This document shows, in pieces, positions 7,975 to 16,941 of a stretch of 62,072 bases of DNA. A program made the position numbers and the translations under genes. The notes under the pieces were generated by a model, which was given only the letters and a program-made list of their open reading frames with translations, was not told where the DNA came from and did no database searches. Location of the stretch: the NCBI GenBank assembly GCA_964475285.1, contig CAYYWB010000002.1, forward strand, positions 1 to 62,072. The letters run 5' to 3'. Source of the DNA: an uncultured Bifidobacteriaceae bacterium (GTDB lineage: Bacteria > Verrucomicrobiota > Verrucomicrobiia > Limisphaerales > UBA11358). How positions within the stretch are numbered: position 1 is the first letter of the stretch; every line of letters begins with the position of its first letter.

Positions 7975-9309
7975 ATGCCCGACCTGCCCCGTCAAATCCG
8001 CCTGGCCCCCGGCGATTGCTTCATGCACGGCCAGGATCGCCGGATGCGGCAGGTGGGTTTGCCGGGCAATGTCTGCTGCGCCGTCATCAAACTGGGCGAA
8101 GGCTTCGACGTGGAACGGCTGCGCCGGCGCATCGCCGAATCGCCCGTCATGGACTGGCTGGCGCGAGTGCGAATCACGCGTCCAATCCCGCTGCCGCCCG
8201 CGCAATGGCGCACGACCGCCAATCCGAGACAAATTCTTTTCGAGCACGACGATCAAAATGGCGGCCCGGCTTCAATGGAAACGCTGCCGCCGGTGGTCGC
8301 GGCGCGCGAATTGCATGCCGCCCGCGAGCCGGGGCTGGCAATTGACGTGGTGCGCCACGCGGACGGAACCAGCCATTTGTTTCTTTCCTGGAACCACACG
8401 CTGCTGGACGCGCGCGGTCTGGATTTGCTGCTGAATCACTTGAGCGCCGGCAGCGCGGAGAAGAGCGGGGCCGCCGTTCAAAATTTGATCAGCCCCAAAC
8501 AACTTGGTTCGGGGTTGTCCGGCTGGTGGCCCAACGTGAAGAAGGCGCGCGGCTCCGTGAAATGGCTCAATGAATCCGGAGCCGAACCGCTCTTCAGCCT
8601 GCTGCCGCCGGGACCGCGCCCCACCTCGTGCCGCAATCTTCACCGGGCCGCCGCTTTCACCGGGGAAGAAACGGCGCGCATTGACGCCCGCTGCCAGCGG
8701 TTCAATCTGGGTTTCCGGCGCAGCCATTTTTACCTGGCGGCGGCCATTCGCGCCCTGCACAAAATCGCCGGGCAGCGCGGAAACAAGGACGGCGCTTATC
8801 TCGTTCCCGTGCCACACGACACCCGCCGGCACGGCGCAAACGGCCCGATTTTTTCCAATCATCTCTCGATTCTTTTCTACCGCATCGAACCGAAGCTGGC
8901 CGGCCGCTTCGGGGACATCCTCGGCGAGTTGAGCCGGCAGATGACCAACCAAATCCGCGACCGTTTTCCCGAATCCTGCATGGCGGCGCTGGACATGTTC
9001 AAACCGCTGCCGCTCGGTTGGTATGTGAATCATCTTGGCAAGCCAACCCGTGGGAAAATATGCACTTTTTGCCTTTCCGATTCCGGCGAAATCTGCTCCG
9101 GCATGACCGGCCTGTGGGGCGGGCAAATTCTCGACGCCACGCACCTGGTACCTTCCTGGCGGCCGCCCGGATTGACGCTGGTATTTATGCGGTTCGGACA
9201 GAGGCTCTCCGCGCAAATTTCCTGGGTGGATGACTGCTTGAGTCCGGCTGAAGCGGCCGGGTTCGAGCGCGACCTGCGCGCGGCCCTGTTGGAAGAGGAG
9301 ATTGCATGA
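7975..9309 (+). CDS. condensation-domain / WS-DGAT / PapA5-like acyltransferase
   Basis: SWNHTLLDARG matches the HxxxD catalytic motif of condensation-superfamily enzymes. 444 aa, a typical size. Confidence 0.6.
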   Translation: MPDLPRQIRLAPGDCFMHGQDRRMRQVGLPGNVCCAVIKLGEGFDVERLRRRIAESPVMDWLARVRITRPIPLPPAQWRTTANPRQILFEHDDQNGGPASMETLPPVVAARELHAAREPGLAIDVVRHADGTSHLFLSWNHTLLDARGLDLLLNHLSAGSAEKSGAAVQNLISPKQLGSGLSGWWPNVKKARGSVKWLNESGAEPLFSLLPPGPRPTSCRNLHRAAAFTGEETARIDARCQRFNLGFRRSHFYLAAAIRALHKIAGQRGNKDGAYLVPVPHDTRRHGANGPIFSNHLSILFYRIEPKLAGRFGDILGELSRQMTNQIRDRFPESCMAALDMFKPLPLGWYVNHLGKPTRGKICTFCLSDSGEICSGMTGLWGGQILDATHLVPSWRPPGLTLVFMRFGQRLSAQISWVDDCLSPAEAAGFERDLRAALLEEEIA

Positions 9310-10718
9310 AGCTGCTCCTGGCGGCGACAAACCGCGAGCGTTCACCGTATCCGGTCGCGCCGCTGGGCGCACTGTGCGTTGCCGCCGCCGCCAAGGCCGC
9401 CGGTCATGAGGTGAAGTTTTTGGATTTGGGAATGGCACCTGCGCCGCAAAGCGCGTTGCAACAGGCGCTGGAAGCGGATGAATTTCAAGCCGTGGCATTC
9501 GGGATCCGCAATCTCGACAACTGCTGGGCCTTCGCGCCGCGGTCGTATTTCAGCGACGTGCGGGAACTGGCGGGAATCGCGCGGCAACATTTCAAGGGGC
9601 CGTTGATTTTGGGCGGCAGCGGTTTTTCGGTCGCGCCGCACGGCTGGATGCGGCGGCTGGATGCCGATTATGGCGTCATTGGCGAAGGTGAACGGACGTT
9701 CCCGGAATTGCTGGCGCGGCTGGAAGCAGGACATTCGCCCGAAGGCATTGAAGGAGTCGTCACCGCCCGCAAAATAAATAATTCGCCCGCAGTCCTTCCC
9801 GCCAAGCCGGTCGAACGATTGGCTGAATTGCCGTTGCCCGCGCATGACCTGTGCGGTTATCGCGGCTATGTGAAACGCGGCGGATTTGTCAGCGTGCAAA
9901 CCAAGCGCGGCTGTCCGTTCAAGTGTTCCTACTGCATTTACCCGCATTTGGAGGGGCGACGCTACCGGCTCCGCCCGCCGGAATTGGTGGCCGAAGAAAT
10001 CGAGACGGTTGCCAGCCGGTCGAAACTGCGCGATTTCTTTTTCGTGGACAGCGTCTTCAACGATCCCCGGAAACACGCGCTGGCAATCTGCGCCGAACTT
10101 TCCCGCCGCAAGCTGCCCATCCGCTGGAACGCCTTTTGCAATCCAGTCGGTTTTGACGCGGAGCTGGCGCGGGCGATGGCGCAGGCCGGTTGCAGCGGCG
10201 TGGAATTCGGACTGGACGTTGCCACGCCGAAGATGCTGAAGGCGCTGGACAAACCATTCGGTCAGGAAGAAATCCGGATTGCGCTGCAAGCCGCACGCGA
10301 CGCCCGCCTGCCGTTCGCAATCTATCTGCTGTTTGCCGGCCCCGGCGAAACGTGGGCCGATGTCGAGGACACACAGGCTTTTCTGAACGACTGCGCGCCG
10401 GCCAACGCCGTGTTTGCCACCTACGGCCTTCGCATTTATGAAGGCACGCCGCTGGCCAGAACCGCCGTGAACGAAGGACAATTGTCGCCGGATCGCGACC
10501 TCTTCGAGCCGGCCTATTATCTTTCGCCCGCGCTGGCGGACGACATTGAGAACAAACTGGATCGCATCGCCCGGCGGCGCGTGGAATGGAGTTCGGCGGT
10601 GGACTGGCGCCGGCCGGTGACGCGCTGGGGACAAAAAGCGACAGTGCTGTTGAACGTGCGTCCGCAGTGGAAATACATGCGCGGCTACGGCATATTGATG
10701 CGACGGAAATCAAAGTGA
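9306..10718 (+). CDS. B12-binding-domain radical SAM enzyme
   Basis: CPFKCSYC (CxxxCxxC) about 190 aa after an N-terminal Rossmann-like segment (KLLLAATN...APLGALCVAAAAKAAGHEVKFLDL) typical of class B radical SAM proteins. ATGA overlap upstream. Confidence 0.85.
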   Translation: MKLLLAATNRERSPYPVAPLGALCVAAAAKAAGHEVKFLDLGMAPAPQSALQQALEADEFQAVAFGIRNLDNCWAFAPRSYFSDVRELAGIARQHFKGPLILGGSGFSVAPHGWMRRLDADYGVIGEGERTFPELLARLEAGHSPEGIEGVVTARKINNSPAVLPAKPVERLAELPLPAHDLCGYRGYVKRGGFVSVQTKRGCPFKCSYCIYPHLEGRRYRLRPPELVAEEIETVASRSKLRDFFFVDSVFNDPRKHALAICAELSRRKLPIRWNAFCNPVGFDAELARAMAQAGCSGVEFGLDVATPKMLKALDKPFGQEEIRIALQAARDARLPFAIYLLFAGPGETWADVEDTQAFLNDCAPANAVFATYGLRIYEGTPLARTAVNEGQLSPDRDLFEPAYYLSPALADDIENKLDRIARRRVEWSSAVDWRRPVTRWGQKATVLLNVRPQWKYMRGYGILMRRKSK

Positions 10719-11992
10719 ACAGCACTTCTCGAATCGGTTCCCCCTCCATTTCCTGCGACGTGCTGGTCATCGGCGGCGGCGCGGCAGGAGTGGCGGCAGC
10801 CACGGCAGCCGGGCGCGCCGGAGCAAAGGTGGTGTTGCTGGAACGCTACGGTTTTCTCGGCGGACTGGCCACCACAGCGCAAGTGGGAACGATTTGCGGT
10901 TTGTATCTTCGTGACACGACCGGCGCGCAAGCCACGCCAGTCGCCGGTGGGTTTGCGAATGAATTTGCCGCGCGCCTGCAAAAATCCGGCGGCACAAGAC
11001 CGCTCCGCGTGGATCAGGGCCTTTGGGTGCTGCCGTATTTCCCGCCGGACTTTTCCCGTGTGGCGGACGCGATTGTTGGCGAATCGGGAAATGTTCAATT
11101 GATTTTGCACGCCACCGTGGCGGAAGTGCGGGCTGAAAATTCACGAATAAATCTGGTTCGCGCCCTGGCCTGGAATGAGATGCTGGATTTTTCTCCGAAG
11201 GCCGTGGTGGATTGCACCGGCGAAGCAACCGCCGCCGCGATGGCCGGGGCAAACTCCGAAAATGGCGGAGCTGACCAGTCGCCCGCTCTGGTTTTTGTTT
11301 TGGAAAATGTGGATCCGGGCCTGGCCGAACGCGGTTTGCTTGAAGTCCGCCGGGAATTGCGCGTGGCCGTTCAAAGCGGCACTTTGCCCGCGCTCTGCGA
11401 AAGGTTGTCGCTGATTCCCGGCACCGGTGTGAATGGCCGGTTCGCTTTCAAATTCAGTTTGCTTCCAGCCAAACCGGACAGCGCGCTTTGGCGGCAGGTC
11501 ACGGATTGGGAACGCGAAGCCCGCGCGTTGATGGAACCGCTTGTCCGTTTCCTGACAAAAAAAGTTGCCGCGTTTCGGAACGCGCGACTGGATTCCATCG
11601 CGCCGCAGCTCGGCGTCCGCTCCGGCCGCCGCATTCTCGGTCGCGCCCGGCTGACCGATGAGGAAGTTTTGAAAGCGCAAAAATCACCAACCGGAATTGC
11701 GCGCGGCTGCTGGCCGATGGAGCGCTGGGGGAAAAATCCGCGTCCGGAAATGACATATTTCGCCGAGCGGGATTATTACGACATTCCGCTGGACTGCCTG
11801 CGCCCCGTGGAATTGGAAAATGTGTTCGTGGCCGGTCGTTGCCTTTCGGCGGAAACGGGCGCGATGACTTCCGCCCGGGTCATCGGCACCGCGCTGGCGA
11901 CCGGCTGGGCGGCGGGAACCGCAGCGGCATTTCAAGCTTCGGGCCGTTCGCTTGATGACGCCGCGGCGCTCATTCGGAAACAAATGATCTGA
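10715..11992 (+). CDS. FAD-dependent oxidoreductase
   Basis: CDVLVIGGGAAGVAAATAAGRAGAKVVLLE dinucleotide-binding motif. GTG start in a GTGA overlap with the radical SAM stop. Confidence 0.75.
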   Translation: MNSTSRIGSPSISCDVLVIGGGAAGVAAATAAGRAGAKVVLLERYGFLGGLATTAQVGTICGLYLRDTTGAQATPVAGGFANEFAARLQKSGGTRPLRVDQGLWVLPYFPPDFSRVADAIVGESGNVQLILHATVAEVRAENSRINLVRALAWNEMLDFSPKAVVDCTGEATAAAMAGANSENGGADQSPALVFVLENVDPGLAERGLLEVRRELRVAVQSGTLPALCERLSLIPGTGVNGRFAFKFSLLPAKPDSALWRQVTDWEREARALMEPLVRFLTKKVAAFRNARLDSIAPQLGVRSGRRILGRARLTDEEVLKAQKSPTGIARGCWPMERWGKNPRPEMTYFAERDYYDIPLDCLRPVELENVFVAGRCLSAETGAMTSARVIGTALATGWAAGTAAAFQASGRSLDDAAALIRKQMI

Positions 11993-12050
11993 TCAACATT
12001 CCGCAAAGCCGAACCTTGCCTCGCGCAAATCGGGAATTTAATCTTCGCGC

Positions 12051-13484
12051 ATGAACGTTTTCGACACGCTCGCCAAATCCGCCCGCCAATGGCCCGACCG
12101 CACCGCCATTATTGATGCCGGTGGCGCACTGGACTATCAATCGCTTTGGCGCGAAGTCGAGGCACTCCGCTTGCAGTTCCACCGGCTCGGCGTCAAGCCG
12201 GGACAAGGTGTCGGCATGCGAGCGCGAAACGGACGCGCGTTCGTCATCGGCGCGCTGGCGGCGCTCGGCTGCGGCGCGGTGATCATGCCGATTCATCACC
12301 AGATGAAGCCGGATGAACTGGCCGAAATGCTGGACAAAGCGCCGTTGTGCGCGATTCTCGACGACGGCAGCGGCGCGGCCCAGCCCGGCAAAACCATTGC
12401 CCTGGAAAATCCGGGCGGAAACGGTCTGCGTTTCACGCGACTGGACAATGCGCAATTGCCGCTCGCGCCGGGAATCAAAGACGCCGCGTTCGTGCGCTTT
12501 ACTTCCGGCACGACCGGCGCGGCCAAAGGCGTCCTCCTCACCCATCGCGACGTGTTGGAGCGGACGCGCGCCGCCAATGCCGGCCTGGGCCTGACCTGCG
12601 AGGACAAAATTTTGTGGGTGCTGCCGATGGCGTATCATTTTTACGTGTCCATCATCCTTTACCTGGAGGCGGGCGCAACCGTCATTGTCAGCGCCGATTA
12701 TCTGGCCGGCAGCCTTTTGGAAACCGCCGCGAAGCACGCGGCCACGTTTTTTTACATCACACCGATGCACGTACGCATGATGAACAGCGACCAGTCGGGA
12801 CGCGCATTGCCGCCGTCGCTCAAGCGCGTTATGTCCGTATCCGCCAAGCTGCATCCGCAGTCCGCGCTGGATTTTCTCGCGAAATACAAAGTGCCGGTGT
12901 CGCAGGGCTACGGCATCATCGAAGTCGGTTTGCCGATTCAAAATATCGCCGAAGCGGCTGAACATCCCGAAGCGATTGGCCGTCCCGTAGCCGGCTTTGA
13001 GGCGAAGATTGTGGACGACAAAATGCAGCCCGTCGCGGAAGGTGAAACCGGCCAGCTCGCCTTGCGCGGGCCGGGAATGTTTTCCGGCTACCTGAATCCG
13101 CCGCGCTCGCGCGCCGAAGTGCTGCACGACGGCTGGTTTCTGACCGGCGACCTCGCGCACCGCGACAGCGGCGGCCGCATCGTGCTGGACGGGCGGACTT
13201 CCTCCGTGATTCACGTCGCCGGCCACAAGGTTTTTCCGGAGGAAGTCGCCGCAGTGCTGGACCATCATCCGGCGGTGCTGCGTTCGCGCGTTTCCGCCCG
13301 CTTGCATCCGCAAATGGGCGAAGCCATCCACGCCGAAGTGCAATTGCGCCCCGGCCAGCTGGCCGCGAGCGAAGACATCATCGCCTTTTGCCGCAAACGG
13401 CTGTCGTCACAGAAAGTTCCGGCCACGCTGGAAATCGTCGCGGAAATAAAAACAACCACCAGCGGCAAAGTCCGCCACGGGTGA
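12051..13484 (+). CDS. AMP-dependent synthetase/ligase (adenylate-forming enzyme)
   Basis: FTSGTTGAAKGV (core A3), QGYGIIE, GWFLTGDLA and GRTSSVIHVAGHKV motifs. Confidence 0.85.
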   Translation: MNVFDTLAKSARQWPDRTAIIDAGGALDYQSLWREVEALRLQFHRLGVKPGQGVGMRARNGRAFVIGALAALGCGAVIMPIHHQMKPDELAEMLDKAPLCAILDDGSGAAQPGKTIALENPGGNGLRFTRLDNAQLPLAPGIKDAAFVRFTSGTTGAAKGVLLTHRDVLERTRAANAGLGLTCEDKILWVLPMAYHFYVSIILYLEAGATVIVSADYLAGSLLETAAKHAATFFYITPMHVRMMNSDQSGRALPPSLKRVMSVSAKLHPQSALDFLAKYKVPVSQGYGIIEVGLPIQNIAEAAEHPEAIGRPVAGFEAKIVDDKMQPVAEGETGQLALRGPGMFSGYLNPPRSRAEVLHDGWFLTGDLAHRDSGGRIVLDGRTSSVIHVAGHKVFPEEVAAVLDHHPAVLRSRVSARLHPQMGEAIHAEVQLRPGQLAASEDIIAFCRKRLSSQKVPATLEIVAEIKTTTSGKVRHG

Positions 13485-13490
13485 AAATTT

Positions 13491-13505
13491 TTGGTCAAAT
13501 CAAAA
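13491..13505 (+). repeat. left copy of the direct repeat flanking the R-M cassette
   Basis: TTGGTCAAATCAAAA here versus TTGGTCAAATAAAAC at 15480-15494. The first 10 nt are identical; 13/15 overall. Confidence 0.7.
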
Positions 13506-13520
13506 AATGGAGAAATTAAA

Positions 13521-14156
13521 ATGGTTGAAGTTCAAGCGCACGGCTTCAGTTTTGAGAAATGGGTTCGGGATCATTTCTTTTCAGGTTATCGGGGCACCTA
13601 TATGCAAAAGTGGGATGTCCCGCCTGAACGCAATGTTGACGCTTCAGTTCCCGAGAAATTTCACAAGCTGCCAGTCTCTATCAAGACGGCCAAACTCGGG
13701 AGCCCGATTGGTTTGGGTGACGTTCTCCGGCAGCGCCAGATAGATCATGATTTCTTAATGATCGTCAGATTTTGGGAGCAGCGCACTGCCACTGAAAAGT
13801 GGATTGTGGACATTGGGTGCGCCGCATTTAATTCGGCAGCATGGCAGAAACTTTGGGGCCAGCTAACGTTGGAGGAAATTTCCAGCATTGATAAAGTGGT
13901 GAAAAATCTGAATGAACATTATTCGATCGTCAGAGGCAAAGCACAGCAGTGGAAAACAAAACCGGGAGTCCAGACCAGCACACTTGTCATAAATCCAAAA
14001 ATTGATTCCAAGTCGCAGCGGCGCATTCAGTGTTCCCTGCCATATTCGACCTTCTGGAATTTTACCGGTCGGAATCCGACTCCGCAGGATTGCCCTGAGT
14101 TATGGACGCATGTTTTTCCCAATCCGATCAAATCGCCGGCGCGCACTTTCCATTAA
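13521..14156 (+). CDS. candidate type II restriction endonuclease (partner of the adjacent methyltransferase)
   Basis: AT-richer ORF (21/60 G+C in 13861-13920), convergent with and 28 bp from the MTase. Possible PD-(D/E)xK-like pattern E...D...SIK. No recognisable family otherwise. Confidence 0.45.
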   Translation: MVEVQAHGFSFEKWVRDHFFSGYRGTYMQKWDVPPERNVDASVPEKFHKLPVSIKTAKLGSPIGLGDVLRQRQIDHDFLMIVRFWEQRTATEKWIVDIGCAAFNSAAWQKLWGQLTLEEISSIDKVVKNLNEHYSIVRGKAQQWKTKPGVQTSTLVINPKIDSKSQRRIQCSLPYSTFWNFTGRNPTPQDCPELWTHVFPNPIKSPARTFH

Positions 14157-14184
14157 CCCCGCTGAAATTGCGGGCGAACTTCAT

Positions 14185-15453
14185 TCATCGAGGCGGGCGC
14201 TGAAGTGCCAGCTTTTTTGATTTGAGCAGACTGGAAGGAATTCTCAATTCAGCCAAGGATGATTTGGAAACGCTTAAAGCTCCCACGCCTTTGGCCAGCC
14301 GGCGAACTGCTGACCGGCCAGCTTCACTGTTGAACCATTCAACCAAGCCGGGATTGTCAATCTTGGCCAAGGGTGTCAGCACATGAATCCAGTCGTCGGC
14401 TTGAGCGGTCAAACCCGGCGGCACCAGCGCGGTTCGCCCGTAACAACCCGCACCGACTCGCACAAATAAAATCTCACCCGACCGAACCGCAGACTGTTCG
14501 CAAAACATTTCGCCTTCATTTGAAATATAGGCGCAATTGCGATCCAGCCGCAGTCCGCCTCCCGGCGCGAGATTTTTTGCGCGAATCAACAACACCCGCT
14601 CATCGCTGGGCTGTTCAAAAAATTCCCGCTTCTTCCCATACAAGGCATAGCCGGTTCTCAACCTGAAAATGTCTCCCAACCGGACGGTCTTAACATCCGT
14701 TGTTTGCAGTTCACCGCTTTGTGCTTCAGGCCGCCAATCTGCCACCTCGGTCAGCACCACTTTTTTCCAGCGCGGCTCCATCTTCTCCCATTCGCCAAGA
14801 CGCAGCGGTCTCAATTCGGTCAACCGCTTGCACTCCAGCAAGAGCGTGGCCTCGCGATAGGGATGGGGTGCAACCGGACGCTTTTGTGCGACAAGGATAT
14901 TTGTTTTCGCGGTTGTGCCATTAAAAATTCCCCGAGGCAGGCTGATGATGGCTTCCACCTGCGCCCGGCATAACAACCAGTCGCGCACATATTTGAAGGG
15001 TCGGTTGCCAAGTGGCCCGTCCGGCAGAATGATGGCAATGCGGCCATTTGTCTTGATGAGTTTCAGAAACAGCTCCAAAAACAAAACTTCAAGGCATTGC
15101 GATGCCCTGCCCGCGCCCAGATCAAAACCTTGCAACACTTCTGAACGTCTTTCGAGGCTGGTCTGTGCGCTGAAAGGCGGATTCCCAATTGCCAAATCAA
15201 ATGTTCCCCAGTATCCAACCAGACTGGTTAGTGCATCGCCTTGGGAAAAATGTATTGCTGGCACCAGGCATTTCGCGATGGCCGCATATTGTGGATCAAT
15301 TTCGCAGCCATGCAACTCAAGCGCGGTCGGAGCGATTCGCAAGAATGAACCATCACCGCAGCTAGGATCAATCACTCGCTGGCCGCTGTGAACACCGGCT
15401 ACTCGAAACATACAACCCGCGACCATTTCTGGCGTGAAGAATTGGCCAATCAT
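14185..15453 (-). CDS. N6-adenine DNA methyltransferase, gamma class (M.TaqI/Eco57I-like) with a C-terminal target-recognition domain
   Basis: FFTPEMVA, DPSCGDGSFL (motif I) and AIGNPPF (motif IV, NPPF). 422 aa, like M.TaqI-type enzymes. Confidence 0.85.
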   Translation of the reverse strand: MIGQFFTPEMVAGCMFRVAGVHSGQRVIDPSCGDGSFLRIAPTALELHGCEIDPQYAAIAKCLVPAIHFSQGDALTSLVGYWGTFDLAIGNPPFSAQTSLERRSEVLQGFDLGAGRASQCLEVLFLELFLKLIKTNGRIAIILPDGPLGNRPFKYVRDWLLCRAQVEAIISLPRGIFNGTTAKTNILVAQKRPVAPHPYREATLLLECKRLTELRPLRLGEWEKMEPRWKKVVLTEVADWRPEAQSGELQTTDVKTVRLGDIFRLRTGYALYGKKREFFEQPSDERVLLIRAKNLAPGGGLRLDRNCAYISNEGEMFCEQSAVRSGEILFVRVGAGCYGRTALVPPGLTAQADDWIHVLTPLAKIDNPGLVEWFNSEAGRSAVRRLAKGVGALSVSKSSLAELRIPSSLLKSKKLALQRPPR

Positions 15454-15479
15454 TTAGGAAATGTACCTGATTTTGTACC

Positions 15480-15494
15480 TTGGTCAAATAAAAC
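15480..15494 (+). repeat. right copy of the direct repeat flanking the R-M cassette
   Basis: TTGGTCAAATAAAAC; see the left copy at 13491-13505. Confidence 0.7.
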
Positions 15495-15561
15495 CACTTC
15501 TTTAAGATCGAAGAAGCTTTTGTCCCGGAGAACAAATTGCCCTGCGACGGGCAACTTTCTG

Positions 15562-16839
15562 CTAAACCGCCACGCTCTTTTTCGCTCGGTTTTCGAGAAA
15601 GTCGCGCCGCCACTTTGCGCGGGAAGGTTTGCCGGTTCCGTTGCTGCCGATGGATTCCACAAACCACCATTCGCGCGGCACCTGCCAGGCCGGCAGTTTC
15701 TGGAGCAGGAACTGTTTCAGCTCGTCCCTGGTGCTGGGCCGGTCCGCCGCGACGCACGCCACGATGAGGTCAATCCGGTCCGCGTTCCCGCTCGGCACGC
15801 CAAAGACGACGCATTCGGCGACGGCCTCGTGGTCGCGCAACGCCTGCTCGATGATGGTCGGCGACACTTTGCGCCCGGCCACGTTGATGTGGTCGTCGGT
15901 GCGGCCGCGCAGAAAAATTTCCCCGTCCTTGAGTTCGGCAAGATCGCAGGTGCGGAAAACTCCGCCGCCCAGCGCCGGCTCCGGCTCCGGCCAATAGGTT
16001 TCGCCCACCGCGCGGCCGCGCACCAGCAGCGCGCCGGTTTCGCCAATTTCCACCGACACGTTTTTCAGCGGACGGCCCACGGAGGATTCATTTTCGCGCG
16101 GCGTCAGGGTTGCGTCGTAGGCGATGCCGCCGCATTCGGTGGAACCGTAAAAATTGTGGATTTTCACGCCATGTTCCGCGAAGACGGCGCGCTCCAGCGA
16201 GAGCGGCAGCGGCGCGCCGGCGGAGATGGCCAGACGCACGTTGCTCAAAATCGCGCCGGCCTTGTGCCACGCGTGCCAGAGCGCCGGAACGCCCGCCACG
16301 GTAAGATTCCAGTCGGCGTGCGCCGCGCAACGCAACGCCTCCGGCAGCGGCGACGGCACGAGATACAGCGGAATGCCGTGCAACAGGAGCGGCAGCACGA
16401 GGCTGGAAAATCCGTAGGAATAAGCAGGTGAAATCACGCCGAGGTTCGGCCAGTCGGGACGCAGCCCCATCGTGGCCACGATGTTCTCCGCGTCGGCGGC
16501 CAATTGCTCCCCCGTGAACACGACGGCGCGCGGCACGCCCCGGCTGGCCGGCGTGATTTTGAGATGGCAGCAGGGCGGTCGCGGCGGAGAGACATCGAGA
16601 AGTTGATGATGCGCTTCGAGCGGACAGGCCACGATGCGTTCGCGCCACGCGCGCAAAACGGCGAAGATGAACCCGGGGGAATTGCCCTGGGGATAGGCAA
16701 TCACCGGAGTTTCCAGCAGGGGGTTTTCGGCTTCGTCGTTCAGTTGCGAAAATGTCCAGCATCGTCCGTCGCCCAAATCGCGCAGGGCAATTTCATTTCG
16801 TCTTTCCCGGACAACCTTCCGCCAGCGTTCGTAAAGCAT
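15562..16839 (-). CDS. AMP-dependent synthetase/ligase (short adenylating enzyme)
   Basis: FYGSTECGG, RTCDLAELKDGEIFLRGRTDDHINVAGRKV and the terminal GKPSRAKW are adenylate-forming superfamily motifs. Confidence 0.75.
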   Translation of the reverse strand: MLYERWRKVVRERRNEIALRDLGDGRCWTFSQLNDEAENPLLETPVIAYPQGNSPGFIFAVLRAWRERIVACPLEAHHQLLDVSPPRPPCCHLKITPASRGVPRAVVFTGEQLAADAENIVATMGLRPDWPNLGVISPAYSYGFSSLVLPLLLHGIPLYLVPSPLPEALRCAAHADWNLTVAGVPALWHAWHKAGAILSNVRLAISAGAPLPLSLERAVFAEHGVKIHNFYGSTECGGIAYDATLTPRENESSVGRPLKNVSVEIGETGALLVRGRAVGETYWPEPEPALGGGVFRTCDLAELKDGEIFLRGRTDDHINVAGRKVSPTIIEQALRDHEAVAECVVFGVPSGNADRIDLIVACVAADRPSTRDELKQFLLQKLPAWQVPREWWFVESIGSNGTGKPSRAKWRRDFLENRAKKSVAV

Positions 16840-16941
16840 CTGTTTTGCTTGTAATAAGCCAGCATTTGACGCAGTTGCAAGCCCGATTTCAATTTGAACC
16901 GCAAAATTTTGTTTTTGATGGCGCGGGGCATTTTCCCGGAA

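Noticed and set aside
8272-9498. Long reverse-strand ORF (408 aa) overlapping the condensation-like gene. Similar long antisense ORFs occur at 9342..10634, 11970..13343, 15388..16431, 18874..20088, 19802..20860, 24975..26228, 49253..50251, 53640..54572, 55181..56044 and 57697..58689.
   Set aside because: These are typical shadow ORFs of high-GC DNA. They are Arg/Ala/Gly/Pro-rich low-complexity translations with no motifs, and each lies opposite a gene with clear family signatures.
13485-15561. Search for an integrase, transposase or other defence genes next to the R-M cassette
   Set aside because: Only the two R-M ORFs fit between the flanking adenylase genes, and no additional ORF or mobility gene is present. 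There is therefore no evidence for a larger defence island.
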